Part shown: positions 41,353 through 53,844 of the stretch, one piece after another | Layout of the letters: each line of letters opens with the position of its first letter | How positions within the stretch are numbered: the stretch's first letter is position 1 | From: Ascidiella aspersa | Taxonomy: Eukaryota | Assembly (NCBI GenBank): GCA_963924565.1 | Contig: OZ004614.1 | Span: forward strand, 6,324,001 to 6,388,000 | Length of the DNA stretch: 64,000 nt | Reading direction: 5' to 3' | Made by a program: the position numbers and the translations under genes | Notes under the pieces: model-generated | What the model saw: the letters and a program-made list of their open reading frames with translations, nothing else | Database searches by the model: none | Told to the model about the DNA's origin: nothing

Positions 41353-44339
41353 CCAGTACCTAACCTCCAATTGCCGGAATACATTTCCGTTGATAAAAAT
41401 CAAACGATTGTGGCTCTTTATTTGAATGAAAAAACAATTTATTCGTATAGGATATTCTATATAGTTCCTTTTAAAGGTTTAATATGGGAGGTTGGGTATT
41501 AGCCTTAAGCGTGAAGTAAGAGTTCAAAATTATTTTTTAATTGACTTGAAGAGTGATCAAAAATACCTTTAAAGAACTTGTTGAATTTTAGGATTTACAC
41601 ATTGAATTTAATGTAAAAGTTCAAAGACAGAAATCGTCTGGACCAGGGTGGTCCAAGGTTGACAGCATCACGAGCCACAATATTTTTTCCAAATTCTTGT
41701 TCATGTCTTACCTGTGAAAATACACAGACCAATCAAAAAAACTAGTAGGATTTGGTCAGTGGCATTAAAAACGTTATAAGAGACTATCCACTTAAAAACA
41801 AGACAAATCCAGTCAGTGAGCTAAGCTTGTATAACTCTGGAACTATAAATGCTTGGTTTGTTGGCGTATAACAGCAAAGCGATCCACGGCAGAGAATAGC
41901 CTACTAAATTTATCGTCTGAATATGACCGAAACCTGTGGGAATACGTCCTAAAATCATCGGAATACAACGCCTGAAACTGTAAGTAGAAGGTATGGGACG
42001 ATCGGGGGCTTTCGCTCTGGCATCGGCTGTTTTAGTGTCGACGTTTGAACGCCCTAGTTTGACCGGCGCCATAGGGGCGCTCCTGCTTTGACCCAGGATT
42101 TTTTGTCCCTGTTTGGGGTTATTTGGGGGTAAAGGTAGGGGTTAGAAATTGGGTTAGGGTGAAAATTATTTGAGTTAGTGAAGTAGCTTGGAGTACAAGA
42201 AGTTGGGTTTAAGTTAAAAGGCTGTATAGGCCTGATTCTGAGCATTTAGCTGTTATTTCGACGGATTTAGGACTTATTCTGATTTAGACGTTATTGCGAC
42301 TATTATAGGCATCGATCCTATTTTGGTCTTATTCCGAACTGTGTTTTGTTCCGGAGTTATTGTTGTTGTTATTTAGGTTTTATGGCTGGAGGCCATATCA
42401 AATTGAATTTTCTTATAATTTTTCATTTTGTTAACATGGCTAATTTTTATAATTTTACCAGAAAAAAGGGTGTTAATGTTCTTGTTTTCACTGACTTTCC
42501 ATTTTGTGACTATTTTCAACAGGTGACGCAGTTATGTGACCTACATTCTTTCTGACAAGGAAGTTGATTATTTGGCTTTGGATAACAAAAGCTCTTACTG
42601 CCATCTTAAATAGCTTGGCTGCTTGGTATTTTGCGAACAAAATTACCACAAGGCGTCGCTAGAACGCCCTTTCAACATTAGTTCGTTCTTGTTGCGCCAG
42701 CAATTATGTGTTACATTTGTCAATGCTATACTAAATTACGATTTCTTAGTCTGTGCTATGCGCAATGTTTTATAAAATTAACTAATGGTGCAAAGGTACT
42801 TTTGATTTCATGGAATTAAAATAGCAATAGACCTAGGCTATATACTATAAGTTAAGTTTTTGTACAGTTACAGTCTTGTTTTAAGATATTATCAGTGTTT
42901 CAACTTCGTTAGAGGTTAGGTAGAGTTAGATTGTTAAAGAAAATGAAAACCCTTTTTTTAAAGTAGATAGCTTAAAGTAGACTTAAATGTACGCTATTCC
43001 TTATAAAATGATATTAGCCTTTTAGTATGATGGTAAGGGTGCTGATCAAGTTATAACTGCGTCAAAAATGTCAAGGGTTAGTAGTTGAAATTGAAAGTTG
43101 TTTTACCAAAGGGATATTTGTGCCCCAAAAAATTTACTAATTTTGGCCCTTATTTTGATAATATAAATGAAAAAACGAAAATGAACTCATTTGGACGATT
43201 TGTTTGAACTGCTGTATATACTTGCAAACAATTGAGATGAAAGGTATTCGTTTGCAAGGTTTGCAAAAGCGTGCCGAAATCTTCCGGTTCGTAAATACGT
43301 CATATAGCAAGCAATTGGTGTCCGCGTGATTTCGTGATAGGAAATTTAACTTCGAATGCACAACCATGATAAATCAGGCGTACAAAAAAAGAAATCTCTC
43401 TATGCCAACTTACAATGACACGAATTGCTTGGTTACGGTTAGAAGTTTGCATGACTGAGGGTAAGTTTTGTGTTAACAAAAAACGATTCTAGTCCCGTTA
43501 TGCGTTCGCGAACAGGTTTTTATAGTGTTACCAGTGTTAAAAGGTTAAGAACCACCAGTCTTTAATACAACGATCTTACAAATAATAATTAATATAATTA
43601 TTATCTAATCTTTCAATTGTTTTTAAAAACACAATCTGAAGTTAATCGCAGAAAGTTCAGTTAACTGATGGAAGTTACTTAACCCATATACAACCTATCA
43701 CGGCCTGCGCGCGTAAAGTAATATATTACGCATTTGCAAGTAAACGTGATTTAGTCTGACAAAAAAGAAACATCTAGTTTTGTAAAAAGAACAATCCGAT
43801 AATCCGTAGGATGGGTTACACAACAGGCTGATCTAAAGAATAAGAGACTATATGACGTAGGCTGACTCCATGTCAGGTGTCCAACAAAGGTCAACATAAT
43901 GCACCAGACCCTGGCCCCCTAAACCATATATACATTTGGCCGAGTTTTACTATGAAAATACAAACTTTTTTGCGCTTTGCCCCAACTTATATTCAATTCG
44001 CTTTACTATGTTTCCTCTCTGTTTAAGTAAAATGTATTCCGTCCAAAGGCGCTATGCGTATAATATGGCATGTTACTCCGGTTGACTCACTTTCAATTAG
44101 ACTCTTGATACCCTTAATTTCAGCAATATGCGAACTATTTTGAAACCTAAGGAAGGGATATTTAAAGTGTGTACCGCGGTACACTAGTGTGCTACGACAG
44201 ATTCGTTAATGTGCCGTGTATCTTTGTGTTATTTAGGAAATTAACGGATAAGTCTAACAACAGGAGTGCAAGCAAATATGCGAGACTAACCATTTAATAT
44301 TATTAGACATTAACCTGTCAGCTTGTAACGTATTGATGA

Positions 44340-44495
44340 CGATGTCAGTTTTAAAATTTGGTACTACGCATGCGCATATCGGACTCGGGACTCGGGTAGT
44401 TTTACGTAGTCTTACTCGAGCACCGAGTCCCGACCCTCCCGACTCTATTGCAAAACAAACCAACATGTCGAGTCCGACTCAGATCCGCAGCCCTG
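44340..44495 (-). mobile_element. Partial 'ggagtcgga' MITE, homolog of 52941-53322
   Basis: Ends gatccgcagccctg; gcatgcgcatatcggactcgggactcgggtagttttacg is the reverse complement of the 53026-53066 region. Confidence 0.75.
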
Positions 44496-45558
44496 GATTA
44501 AACCATCCTTAAACAGAGATACCTGTCAGTAAGAAAATAAAAAAAGACAGTGCTCAGCAAACGAGTATTGTACAGCCAGCGTTGACAGAGAAAATTTACC
44601 AACAAATCAACCTGTAGTACATACTCACCTTAGATTTCCAGCGTGTAAACCAAAAATAAAAAATGTGTGCTCATTTCAGCTAGTGATCCCAATTTACAAG
44701 CCACATGTGCATAACCGAGTAAGACAGGACAGAGTAACAAGTTAGAACATAAATTATGAGATGTAAGGAAAGACAGTTTGTAAAACCAACGTTTTGATTC
44801 GTGTTGGGTACCTCATTTTTGCTTGGCAAAAAATTGCCTAACGATTTGGTCAGAGTTACTAGGGCATGCTGACATGTGTGAGACCGCCCTTTTTTGCGTA
44901 ACAATTTTTGCTTCCGGCGTGTGTGCGGCCTGTTGTTTAAAACGCCTATTGAATATCCAAAACTAGTGTCGATCTTTTTTCGCTTAGAAATGCTGTTTTG
45001 TATAAGAATTTGTATGGCAGGTAAATAGGTGATGTAGCTGCGAATTACTTGTAAAATCTCTAGTTATTAAGGTTACAAAGTATTTTTTTACTTTTCCTAT
45101 ACTTTTGAAAAATTGGTGGGTGTATTGTCAAACTTTGACGGCCTAAGTTTTTGTAGCCAGAATAAACACAAATATAGGCAATGTTATTTGTCAGTCATAC
45201 GAAGTGAATAGTATACTGTTAAAGGGGTACAACTAAAAATAAGGTTAAAAAAACACAGCTTTAAGAAACACCTATAGTCCACAGAGATAAATTAGCACGT
45301 CAAACGTGCCCTTTCAGATGACAGCTGGCAAGTAATAGTATTTTCAGCAATTGTTGGTGAATTGGTAAAACAAACTTATAATTTTCTCGCTCGCAGAAGA
45401 CTCTGGAAATAAACAATTTTTTTGCTAATTATTCTATCTGGCAATTAGAATCGATTTTTAGCACTCACAGAAATGATAGGTATAGATCGTTAAAGGAGTA
45501 CAACACAAAAAACTTGTACTTTTCCCGCTCACAGAAGACTTATCTTAAAATAATCACG

Positions 45559-47931
45559 ATGATTTCCTTCCTCCTTGATCTTCTCTCCAAACAAGGCTTT
45601 CTGTTTTCGCGGCTCTACGTCGACGCATGTCTCCTAACGCTGCTCGTTCTCCTTATACAAAGCTACGCGGTGCCTTTGTTGGTGCACTACCGTAAGTGTC
45701 TAGACCTTACCAGGCGAGGCTGTTCTTCACCTAGACACTGGTTCTTCGGCCACAACAAGTTCTTTCCGAACACGGCGCGCGGTATGCGAAGGCGAATCGA
45801 CGCAATGGTGCGACACAAAGGAATGTTCATCACCTGGTTCGGGCCTCTTAAGGTTTTCGCCGACGCCCATCGGCCAACAACTCTTGCCACACTTTTCTAC
45901 AGCAACGCGCCCAAGGACGAGCTGGTTTACGGTTTCCTGCGTCCCTGGCTGGGCGACGGGCTTCTTATAGCCTCTGGTGCTAAGTGGCACCGCAACCGCA
46001 AACTCTTAACTCCCGCGTTTCACTTTGAAGTCCTCAAGCAGTACATGGCCATCAACAACCAATGCGCCAAGGTCTTGGTTGGCAAATGGCGCTCGCGCAC
46101 CAAGGAGGCCTTTTGTGACGTAAGCGATGACGTAGGCAGGATGACGATGGACGTCACGCTCCAGTGCACCATGTCGGCGCGTACCAACTGCCAGCTGGAC
46201 TGGAATAATCGCTACGTGAATGCCGTCCATCAGCTCTTGGAGATCGTCATCGAACGCGTTCACTCGCCACTGCTGATGATCGACTGGATCTTCTGGCTTT
46301 CGTCGCCCGGACGACGATTCAGGAAAGCCTGCGAATACGTTCATCGCTTCGATGAGAGAATGATCAGAGAGAGGAAAGAGAATCTCGATCGTGAGTTGGC
46401 AACTCTTGGAACCGCACACGGCAAGACCCAAGAGTAAGGAACGTTTTATTTGTCTTCAGCCGTGTTTGCAACCTTTTTGGCTTGCGGCACCCTACAGAAA
46501 GTATAAATAGTTCCGCGGCACCCTTGCTCGTACTTTTGCTGAGTGGTGAAATGTAACGTTACAATAAACGAGATTGAAACAGAACATTAACTGTGAACAA
46601 GCTGAAAAAAACTTTTTTATCTTTTGTACTTTAATCGTACACCAAAAAATTGAATTAAGAAGCTTACCAATAACAATAGAGCAACAATTAAAATCCTAAA
46701 GAATTGAAATATCTCTCGGCAAGACTAAATAGTTTATATTCGAGCATTTATCGGCATTTTGTCAACATAAATTGTTTATCTTTGTGCGTGTAATCTTTGA
46801 AACTAGAAAAGGCTACGTTTGACCCACGTTAATTGATATTAAATTGTTACTAAAACGTTGTAAGAATGTCATACAACCACAATATAAAACACGGAAACAT
46901 TTTATTTGTGTGCCGTGCACAGCATGAGTTTTTTCGATATGAAAACTCACTTTTTTCGTCCGCTGATCCAAGATGGCGATATTTATCATCTAAATAACGT
47001 TGACTCTAAACAATGTTGTTCGCTAATGTTGTAAAAACATTTCATAATCAAAAAAGTAAACTATTTCGGTTTGAACGCCTAATTATAACTCAAGTTTCCA
47101 ATATTCGTGCTAACGTTGTTACTTTATAGCAATATTAATCCAATTACGTTAAAAGAAATTCGGTGGCGTCTTTGATGACAACTTGTGGTTTACAGAGAGG
47201 TTGGATTGACTTTCAAGAAAAAGCATCTAGACTTTATTGACATTTTATTGAGGAGCAAAGATGAAAACGGAAAAGGGCTTTCGATCAAAGAAATTCGGAA
47301 CGAGGTGGACACCTTTCTCTTCGAAGGACATGACACGACTGCAAGTGGAATCTCGTGGCTAATCTACAACTTGGCTCGTTACCCTCATTACCAGCAGAAA
47401 TGCAGGGAAGAAGTGATGAAGATCATTGGGAGTAGGGAAGAAGTGGAGTGGGATGATCTCCATCAGCTCACTTATTTAGGGATGTGCATCAAGGAGAGCT
47501 TGCGCTTGAATCCAGCTGTGCTCACCATTGCTAGGAAGTTTAACCAGAAGACGACCTTCGTGGATAAATACACTCCTGGAGGAAAACTGGAGGTGGAGGC
47601 AGGCACGTCATCGTTCGTCCATGTTTACGTCGTGCATCGTTCCGAACTAAACTGGGAAAATCCCTTCCAATACGACCCGGAGCGCTTCTCTACCGAGAAC
47701 ATAGCAAAGCGTGATCCACTGACGTTTGTTGCCTTTTCGGCCGGCCCGCGTAATTGCATCGGAAAGACGTTCGCCATGAACGAGATCAAGGTGACCTTGT
47801 GCCACATTCTGAGGAACTTTAAAATGTCGGTGGACGCCGATACTCCCGAGACTATCGAAAAACCGAACATCGTTCTCCGCTCCGAAAGCGGCATTAACAT
47901 CAAGTTAAGAGATTTGGACAGCGGAGAATGA
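45559..47931 (+). CDS. Cytochrome P450, CYP4 clan (copy A), about 536 aa, 2 coding exons
   Basis: Exons 45559-46433 and 47196-47931 (phase 2: GA|gtaagg...tttacag|A). Motifs: PRHWFFGH, PWLGDGLL..G.KW..NRKLLTPAFHF, I-helix EVDTFLFEGHDTTAS, ESLR, PERF, heme FSAGPRNCIG. Confidence 0.95.
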
Positions 47932-48798
47932 CTTGTCACTTATGTTGTCAGCTTATGTTCATGTGAATTCCAACTACAACCGTTATATTCAGCACTGTTG
48001 TAATTACTTTAGTCAATTACTTGACTTAAGTGCACTTACGTCACTCTTTTGAAATGACTTGACTTAAATCATTTTGGCCGAATAACCTGTCACAAATGTT
48101 GTCAGCTAACGTTCATGTGAAATGCGACTAAGTGTTATATCCAGGGTCAAAATCAATCCTTGTTTGATTGTTCATGTTGCATGTTGTTTTGCCTAAACTG
48201 CAGCAGTAATTAAAAAGAACTTGTCATTGACAACTGTAACCTTGACATTATATTTTGATCAGTAGTTGTTAAACTTTGCACACGCGGCACACTTCTTTTA
48301 TTTAATATACCTCGAGAAATTTTTTTATGCCGTAATACTTTTTGTTATTTTGGAAAAAAAGTTGTTTATTTATTTATATTGCCAATAGGTATACACGCAA
48401 GCATTTCAGATTTCATGCACACTATGCACTACAAAATTGATAATAGTAAGACATTTACATATACGCCAGTTTGTCGTGTGTTAAGGGCGATAGTAGTTGC
48501 TATATTGTTGTTCTGTTCAAAGAGCGCCGCGAAATATTAAAGTTTTTAGTGTGACGCAAGCTAAAAAAGTTTGAGAACTACCGTGTTAGGAATGAATATA
48601 ATATATTCATATATTATATGTTATAGTATATCCCTGTGGCATCACAGCGAAATAGTATTTGTTTTTTAAACATAGCGCCGTGTCTCGCTTGAAAGATAAT
48701 ATGGCGCTTGTGTCAAAAAACACCATGCCACTAGGGTCGCGAGGACCGGGTCAAAAGAGGAGATCTGAAATACAAATGTAGATAATATAAACGTTATT

Positions 48799-49024
48799 AG
48801 TTTAATGGTGAAAATAACACACTTTGGTCGCACCAAGAATCATTCTTATCATTTCTTGGTGCGACCAAAGTGTGTATAAACGGGTGCAACCGATGTGGCC
48901 TTCATATCACTGATGATGGCATTAGAAATTGCCGAAACGTTTGAAAATAAAGCATGTCGCTTTTAACGTCTATTTGGGCCGTTATTTTCACCATTAAACT
49001 TATGAACAGATCCGTATATAGTGT
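48799..49024 (+). mobile_element. Penelope-like micro-insertion with an intact-looking minimal hammerhead
   Basis: Perfect 13-bp TSD tataaacgttatt (48786-48798 / 49025-49037); inverted arms 48799-48818 and 48981-49000; internal 23-bp perfect hairpin 48817-48875; 24-nt tail. Confidence 0.78.
48907..48944 (+). ncRNA. Type I minimal hammerhead ribozyme
   Basis: UCA-CUGAUGA-U-GGCA-(UUAGAAAU)-UGCC-GAAA-CG-UU|-UGA, followed by AAUAAA. Complete catalytic core and palindromic ACGU in place of stem III; stem I is only 3 bp. Confidence 0.68.
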
Positions 49025-49160
49025 TATAAACGTTATTCTTTTGGAAAGAAATCAATAAATAACACAACCACTCACGTTAAAGTTATATCGGAATGTAAAT
49101 ATCTCCGATTTTTCATCAAAACAATACCTTCCTATGTCGATCTTGTTTTATAAAATAACC

Positions 49161-49665
49161 GCTAGACTAAAGCGCCGTGTAGAAGTTTTGTTCAGTTCCA
49201 TCGCGAATTAGGCATGCTAGAGGCCTTTAAAAATTATCGCGATCGGCGGTTAGGAATGTTAATATCGGTTATCGTCGATTTGAACCCTTATGTCCCATAT
49301 CAGGTACATCAAGTATGGTAACTGGAAATGTGTGGACAAGGTCTACCCCACACAACTTGGAAATGTGTGGACAAGGTCTACCCCAGTTTGTTTGTTAAAC
49401 CGTGCGGAATTGAAAATTTAAATTATATTTTGGGGGATGCTGCTGGGAGGAAAAATCGCGATATTGCGCGTATTCAATAATAAATATGATATTTCTTAAA
49501 CTTTAATATTTTTAATTTTTTTTTATTTGGCCAGGTAGGCTAGACTGAAGCGCCATGTAGAAATTTCGTTCAGAAACAACCCGAATTGAACATACTAATA
49601 GCGTTGAAATAGTATAGCGATCCTTCATGATTATTAATATAGGTTATCTTCGATTTAAACCCTTT
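49161..49665. repeat. Diverged direct repeat (about 125 bp, 2 copies) enclosing a 28-bp exact duplication
   Basis: gctagact(a/g)aagcgcc(g/a)tgtagaa...cgattt(g/a)aaccctt at about 49161-49289 and 49538-49664; tggaaatgtgtggacaaggtctacccca at 49323 and 49358. Confidence 0.7.
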
Positions 49666-50882
49666 GGCATTAAGTGTGCCGTTGAAATTATAGGACGAGA
49701 TTTCCTATAGTTAGCAAATAAATTCAGGCAGATCGACAAATAGGTGTATGACTGAATATCAATATTTCATTTCATGAATATTAATATATATTTTTAATGT
49801 TTTTTTCTACAAATCTGAACCGGTTTGAAAAATCCAACACAAGGTGTGTGTGAAAATTTTTAGATCTCTAACGTGAATATTTGGCGCTCTTTGGGGACTT
49901 TTAAATCGGAGGGCCATATGTCGAACTTACGAAGTTATAAAATGTTGATCATATTAAAGCATATCTCGACTGATATTGACTACGAGAGGTAGCTGCTTTT
50001 ATAGAGTATGCCTTGCCGTTTATACGGTGACAAAATCAGCTAGAAAGCTCGATCATTAGGTGTTGAAAAGACTGTACAAACATCTTAGTAGCGGAATTAC
50101 TTTTCGAGATGTTGCCCAAAAACCGACTCGGCGCGGGTGATGAATTACAATCTTTCTAAACAAAAAATCTCTTACAGAAGCACTGACAGGCATTTTCCTT
50201 TCCCGGATGTAAAGATAAAACCAGCCTATACGAAATAAACAAGCATAATAAACAACGTTAAATGAAAATATTAATGAAACGGCATATAAGAACACGCGTA
50301 TGCTAAGCACCAATTAGAACGAAATAAACTGTAACATAAAACACACCTTAAAAGTCTATCGATTGTACATATGTACAGCTTTGTTACTAAATTGCAGTGG
50401 TTCGCAAACTTGTTATCATTCGGCAAAAAAAAAAAATTCCGTCCCTTTTTTTTCTACTTAACGGCAAAAAAACGGGTAGCCTAAAAGTCATAATATTATA
50501 CAACCTGTATAGCAAGCATTTCTCGCATAATTGTCTGAATGTCCAATTGTGAGAGAATAAAGTTGTTTTCCCAAATTGCAAAAAGTTGCTCGGAATACTC
50601 ATTATCTTAAGATACGAAGTGTTTGAATCACTGGTTAAATAATTGATTGAAGTAATACATACTATACCAACACACTGGAATCACTTTTACAGCTTATAAT
50701 TAAGCTCATATGTGTACAGCAATATTATGCATTTAATGAGTGGCTTGTGTGTACAGCGTTATTGTGCTCAAACATAAACCTTTTTTAAAAGTATGTCAAA
50801 TACACGACACGCCAGGTTTGTTAGGACTGAGTTATTAAAATCAAAATTCAGATTTAGAAAGTTATTACTCTTAATTTGTTGA

Positions 50883-51081
50883 TAATCTTAAGACCGTTTA
50901 TAAAAACAGTTAAAACATAAAATCGTTTCTTAAAATCTAACAGAAATATATATTTCGCCTATAAGGCATATTTTAAGAAATTATTTTGTATTTTACCCCA
51001 TTATCTGATACGAAACCAAGAATCTTTCTTTTACATTTTATTGTCTGCGGGAGATTTCTTACTTCCGAAAGTCTTTCAGCT
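50883..51081. mobile_element. Penelope-like micro-insertion (same family as 7181-7432) in the 3' UTR of CYP4 copy B
   Basis: Perfect 14-bp TSD tcttaatttgttga (50869-50882 / 51082-51095); shares arm, half-hammerhead and tail (gatacgaa...gcgggagat...tttcag) with the 7.2-kb copy. Confidence 0.8.
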
Positions 51082-51099
51082 TCTTAATTTGTTGAGTAT

Positions 51100-53844
51100 C
51101 TATTTTAACTGAGTAATTCTAACGTTAATGCCGCTTTCGGACCGCAACACGAGGTTAGGCCTTTCGATAGTCTCCGGAGTGTCGGCGTCCACCGACAGTT
51201 TAAAGTTCCTCAGGATGTGGCACAAGGTCACCTTGATCTCGTTCATGGCGAACGTCTTCCCGATGCAATTACGCGGGCCGGCCGAAAAGGCAACAAACGT
51301 CAGTGGGTCACGCTTTGCTACGTTCTCGGTAGAGAAGCGCTCCGGGTCGTATTGGAAGGGATTTTCCCAAACATCACTGCGGCGATGGACGCAGTAAATT
51401 TGAACCAGGGAAGAAACACCGGCGTCCACTTCCAATTTTCCTCCGGGGGTATTTTTATCCACGAAGGTCGTCTTCTCCTCCAGCTTCCTAGCAATGGTGA
51501 GCACAGGTGGATGCAGACGCAAGCTTTCCTTGATGCACATACCAAGATAAGTGAGCTGATGGAGATCATCCCACTCCACTTCCTCCCTACTCCCAATAAT
51601 CTTCATCACTTCTTCCCTGCATTTCTGCTGGTAATGAGGGTGACGAGCCAAGTTGTAGATTAACCACGAGATTCCACTTGCAGTCGTGTCGTGTCCCTCG
51701 AAGAGAAAGGTGTCAACCTCGTCTCTCATTTCTTTATCGCTAAGACCCCTGCCCTTCTCATCTTTGCTCCTTAGAAGAATGTCAATGAAGTCCAGACTCT
51801 TCTTATTTCTAAGGTCTCTTAAAAATATTGCAACTTTCATTAAAGCAGGGGTACCCCTACTGGGGTCCGTTGACCCCATGGAGGTACGTGGAATAGTTTA
51901 GGTGGTCCCTAAAGGATAGCTGAAATCTTGGTGTATATTTCAAAATTGAAAAACAAAACAATGAAAAACAATCCTTTGTCGCCTTATTCTTAGTGATCTT
52001 AAACTCTATTAACGTTTCACAGTATTTTAACCAAAATAACTAGTTTCTTATGTCTACTTGTTTCATAAGGCCACTTTATAACCTCAGTCCTCAGCTATAA
52101 CAATTCCATGCCGAGCTTGGTCCACACGAACTCAAAAATGTTTTTTAAGAGTCCGCTTTAGAAAATGTTTAAGAAGCCCTGCATTAAGCCCAATAACAAT
52201 GCAAGTGTACGATTTTAACTAATTTCATAAAATTAACAAGCTTCCCTACCTGTTAGTTTCTGCTGCTTGCTGCAGTTTCTCCCTTCTTTCCCTGATCATC
52301 CTTTCTCCTTCGCTGTGAAGGAAACCAGCAGCTTTCTTGAACCTCCATCCGAGAGGAGTGAGCCAAAACAGCCAGTCGATTTGCAACAGAGGAAAGTGAA
52401 TTCTGTGCGACACTATTCTCATAACTTCGTGGACGGATTGGACGTATCTGTTCTTGGAATCCAGCTGACAATTGGTTTCAGTCGACATCGCGCAACGCAG
52501 CATTACGTCCATCGTCAGCTTACTCACGTCATTACTGACGTCAAGAGCGTCGCCGTTTCTTCCAACCCACTTCGACACGAAAACCTTAGCGCACTGATTG
52601 TATATCGCCATGTAGGGTTTGAGGACGTTGAAATGAAAAGCGGGAGTTAAAAGCTTGCGATTGCGCTGCCATTTCTCGCCGGAGGCTGTCAGAAGTCCGT
52701 CTCCAATCCATGGACGCAGGAATCCGTAAATTAGCTCGTCCTTTGGTGCGTTGCTGTACAGCACCTTGCCGATAGTGCTGGGCGTAGTTGGGTCAATGAA
52801 GACCTTAAGCGGCCCCATCCAGGTAACAAAGGTACCTTGCATAAAAACATAATTCTAGGCGTATGCAGTCCCCAGGGTTTGAAATGGCGTGGTAAGTAAA
52901 AGCAAGGCACGGAAAAGAGTTTTTTTATTATTCTCGAAACCAGGGCTGCGGAGTCGGACTTGAGATTACGGACACGAAGGAGTCGGTATGTTTTGCTGGA
53001 GTCGGACTCGGAACTCTAATAAGATCACGTAAAACTACCCAAGTCCCGAGTCCGGCGTGCGCATGCGCAGTTCTAAATTGTAAATTCGATATTGCCGCCA
53101 ACTGTAAATTGTAAAGGCGGAATAGCATATATCCATATGGTGGATATTTTCCAAACATGTAGATGAATTATATGACAACCCTATGGGTGGATTGCTGAAT
53201 ATCCATTTAATTTAATTAAATTGGTGGAAAACGTAAATTGGTGGAATACATTTTGTAGAGTCAGAGCCGTTTTTTTGGCCAAAGTCGGACTCGGGTTATT
53301 TCTAACCGATTCCGCAGCCCTACTCGGATTCTCGAATATAGCTACGGCTTTAAAGATGCATTTACTTGCTGCATTTGCTTATGGAAATATTCATAAACTC
53401 ATAAAACGAAACTCTAGTTGCATGTACAATTTTAAAATTAGCAAAACACTGCCGGTAAACATATTCATTTGCCGAAACATCTCTAGAATATGAAAACAAA
53501 CACGCCAGCATTGCCTCCGGGCATATGCATAAAAGTACCATTATAAGGCTGATTACTTCCAAACAACAATTGGCTTTACCTTTTAGCCGCTCCATTTCGG
53601 CCACGCGCGTTTTCATCCCGACAGCAGTGGACGGAAAGAGCTGCAAGTGGCCGAAGAACCAGTGTCTGCGCGAGGAACAAGCCCGGTTGCTCAGTTCTGC
53701 GCATTTGCGGTAGTGAAGTACAGCTGGTATCACCAGCTTAACAGCGAAGCTGAAGGCCAAGAACAACAGGCCTACTTCTATGTAGAGCCGCGAGAATAGA
53801 TAGCCCTCGACGAGTATAAGGTCGACAAGCGTTGCTGGCAGCAT
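51100..53844 (-). CDS. Cytochrome P450, CYP4 clan (copy B), about 522 aa, 3 coding exons
   Basis: Exons 53844-53580, 52835-52250 and 51817-51100 (alternative acceptor 51808), phases 1 and 2. Motifs: RHWFFGHL, PWIGDGLL, RNRKLLTPAFHF, EVDTFLFEGHDTT, ESLRLHPPV, PERF, FSAGPRNCIG. Confidence 0.94.
51846..52181 (-). mobile_element. hAT MITE family A copy 4 in CYP B intron 2
   Basis: caggggtacc...gaagcccctg; near-TSD cattaaag/cattaagc. Confidence 0.75.
52941..53322 (+). mobile_element. 'ggagtcgga' MITE in CYP B intron 1
   Basis: TIR cagggctgcgga...tccgcagcccta; repeated gagtcgga motifs. Confidence 0.82.

Noticed and set aside
45514-45558. ORF-track starts at TTG/GTG codons or inside introns (45514, 31731, 47185, 51879, 52842, 57353)
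   Set aside because: Eukaryotic genes; true starts and exon boundaries were set by ATG and splice phases.
45687-52650. Antisense and alternate-frame ORFs over CYP exons (likewise over ARL1, the transporter and the TPMT-like gene)
   Set aside because: Shadow ORFs of GC-rich coding sequence.
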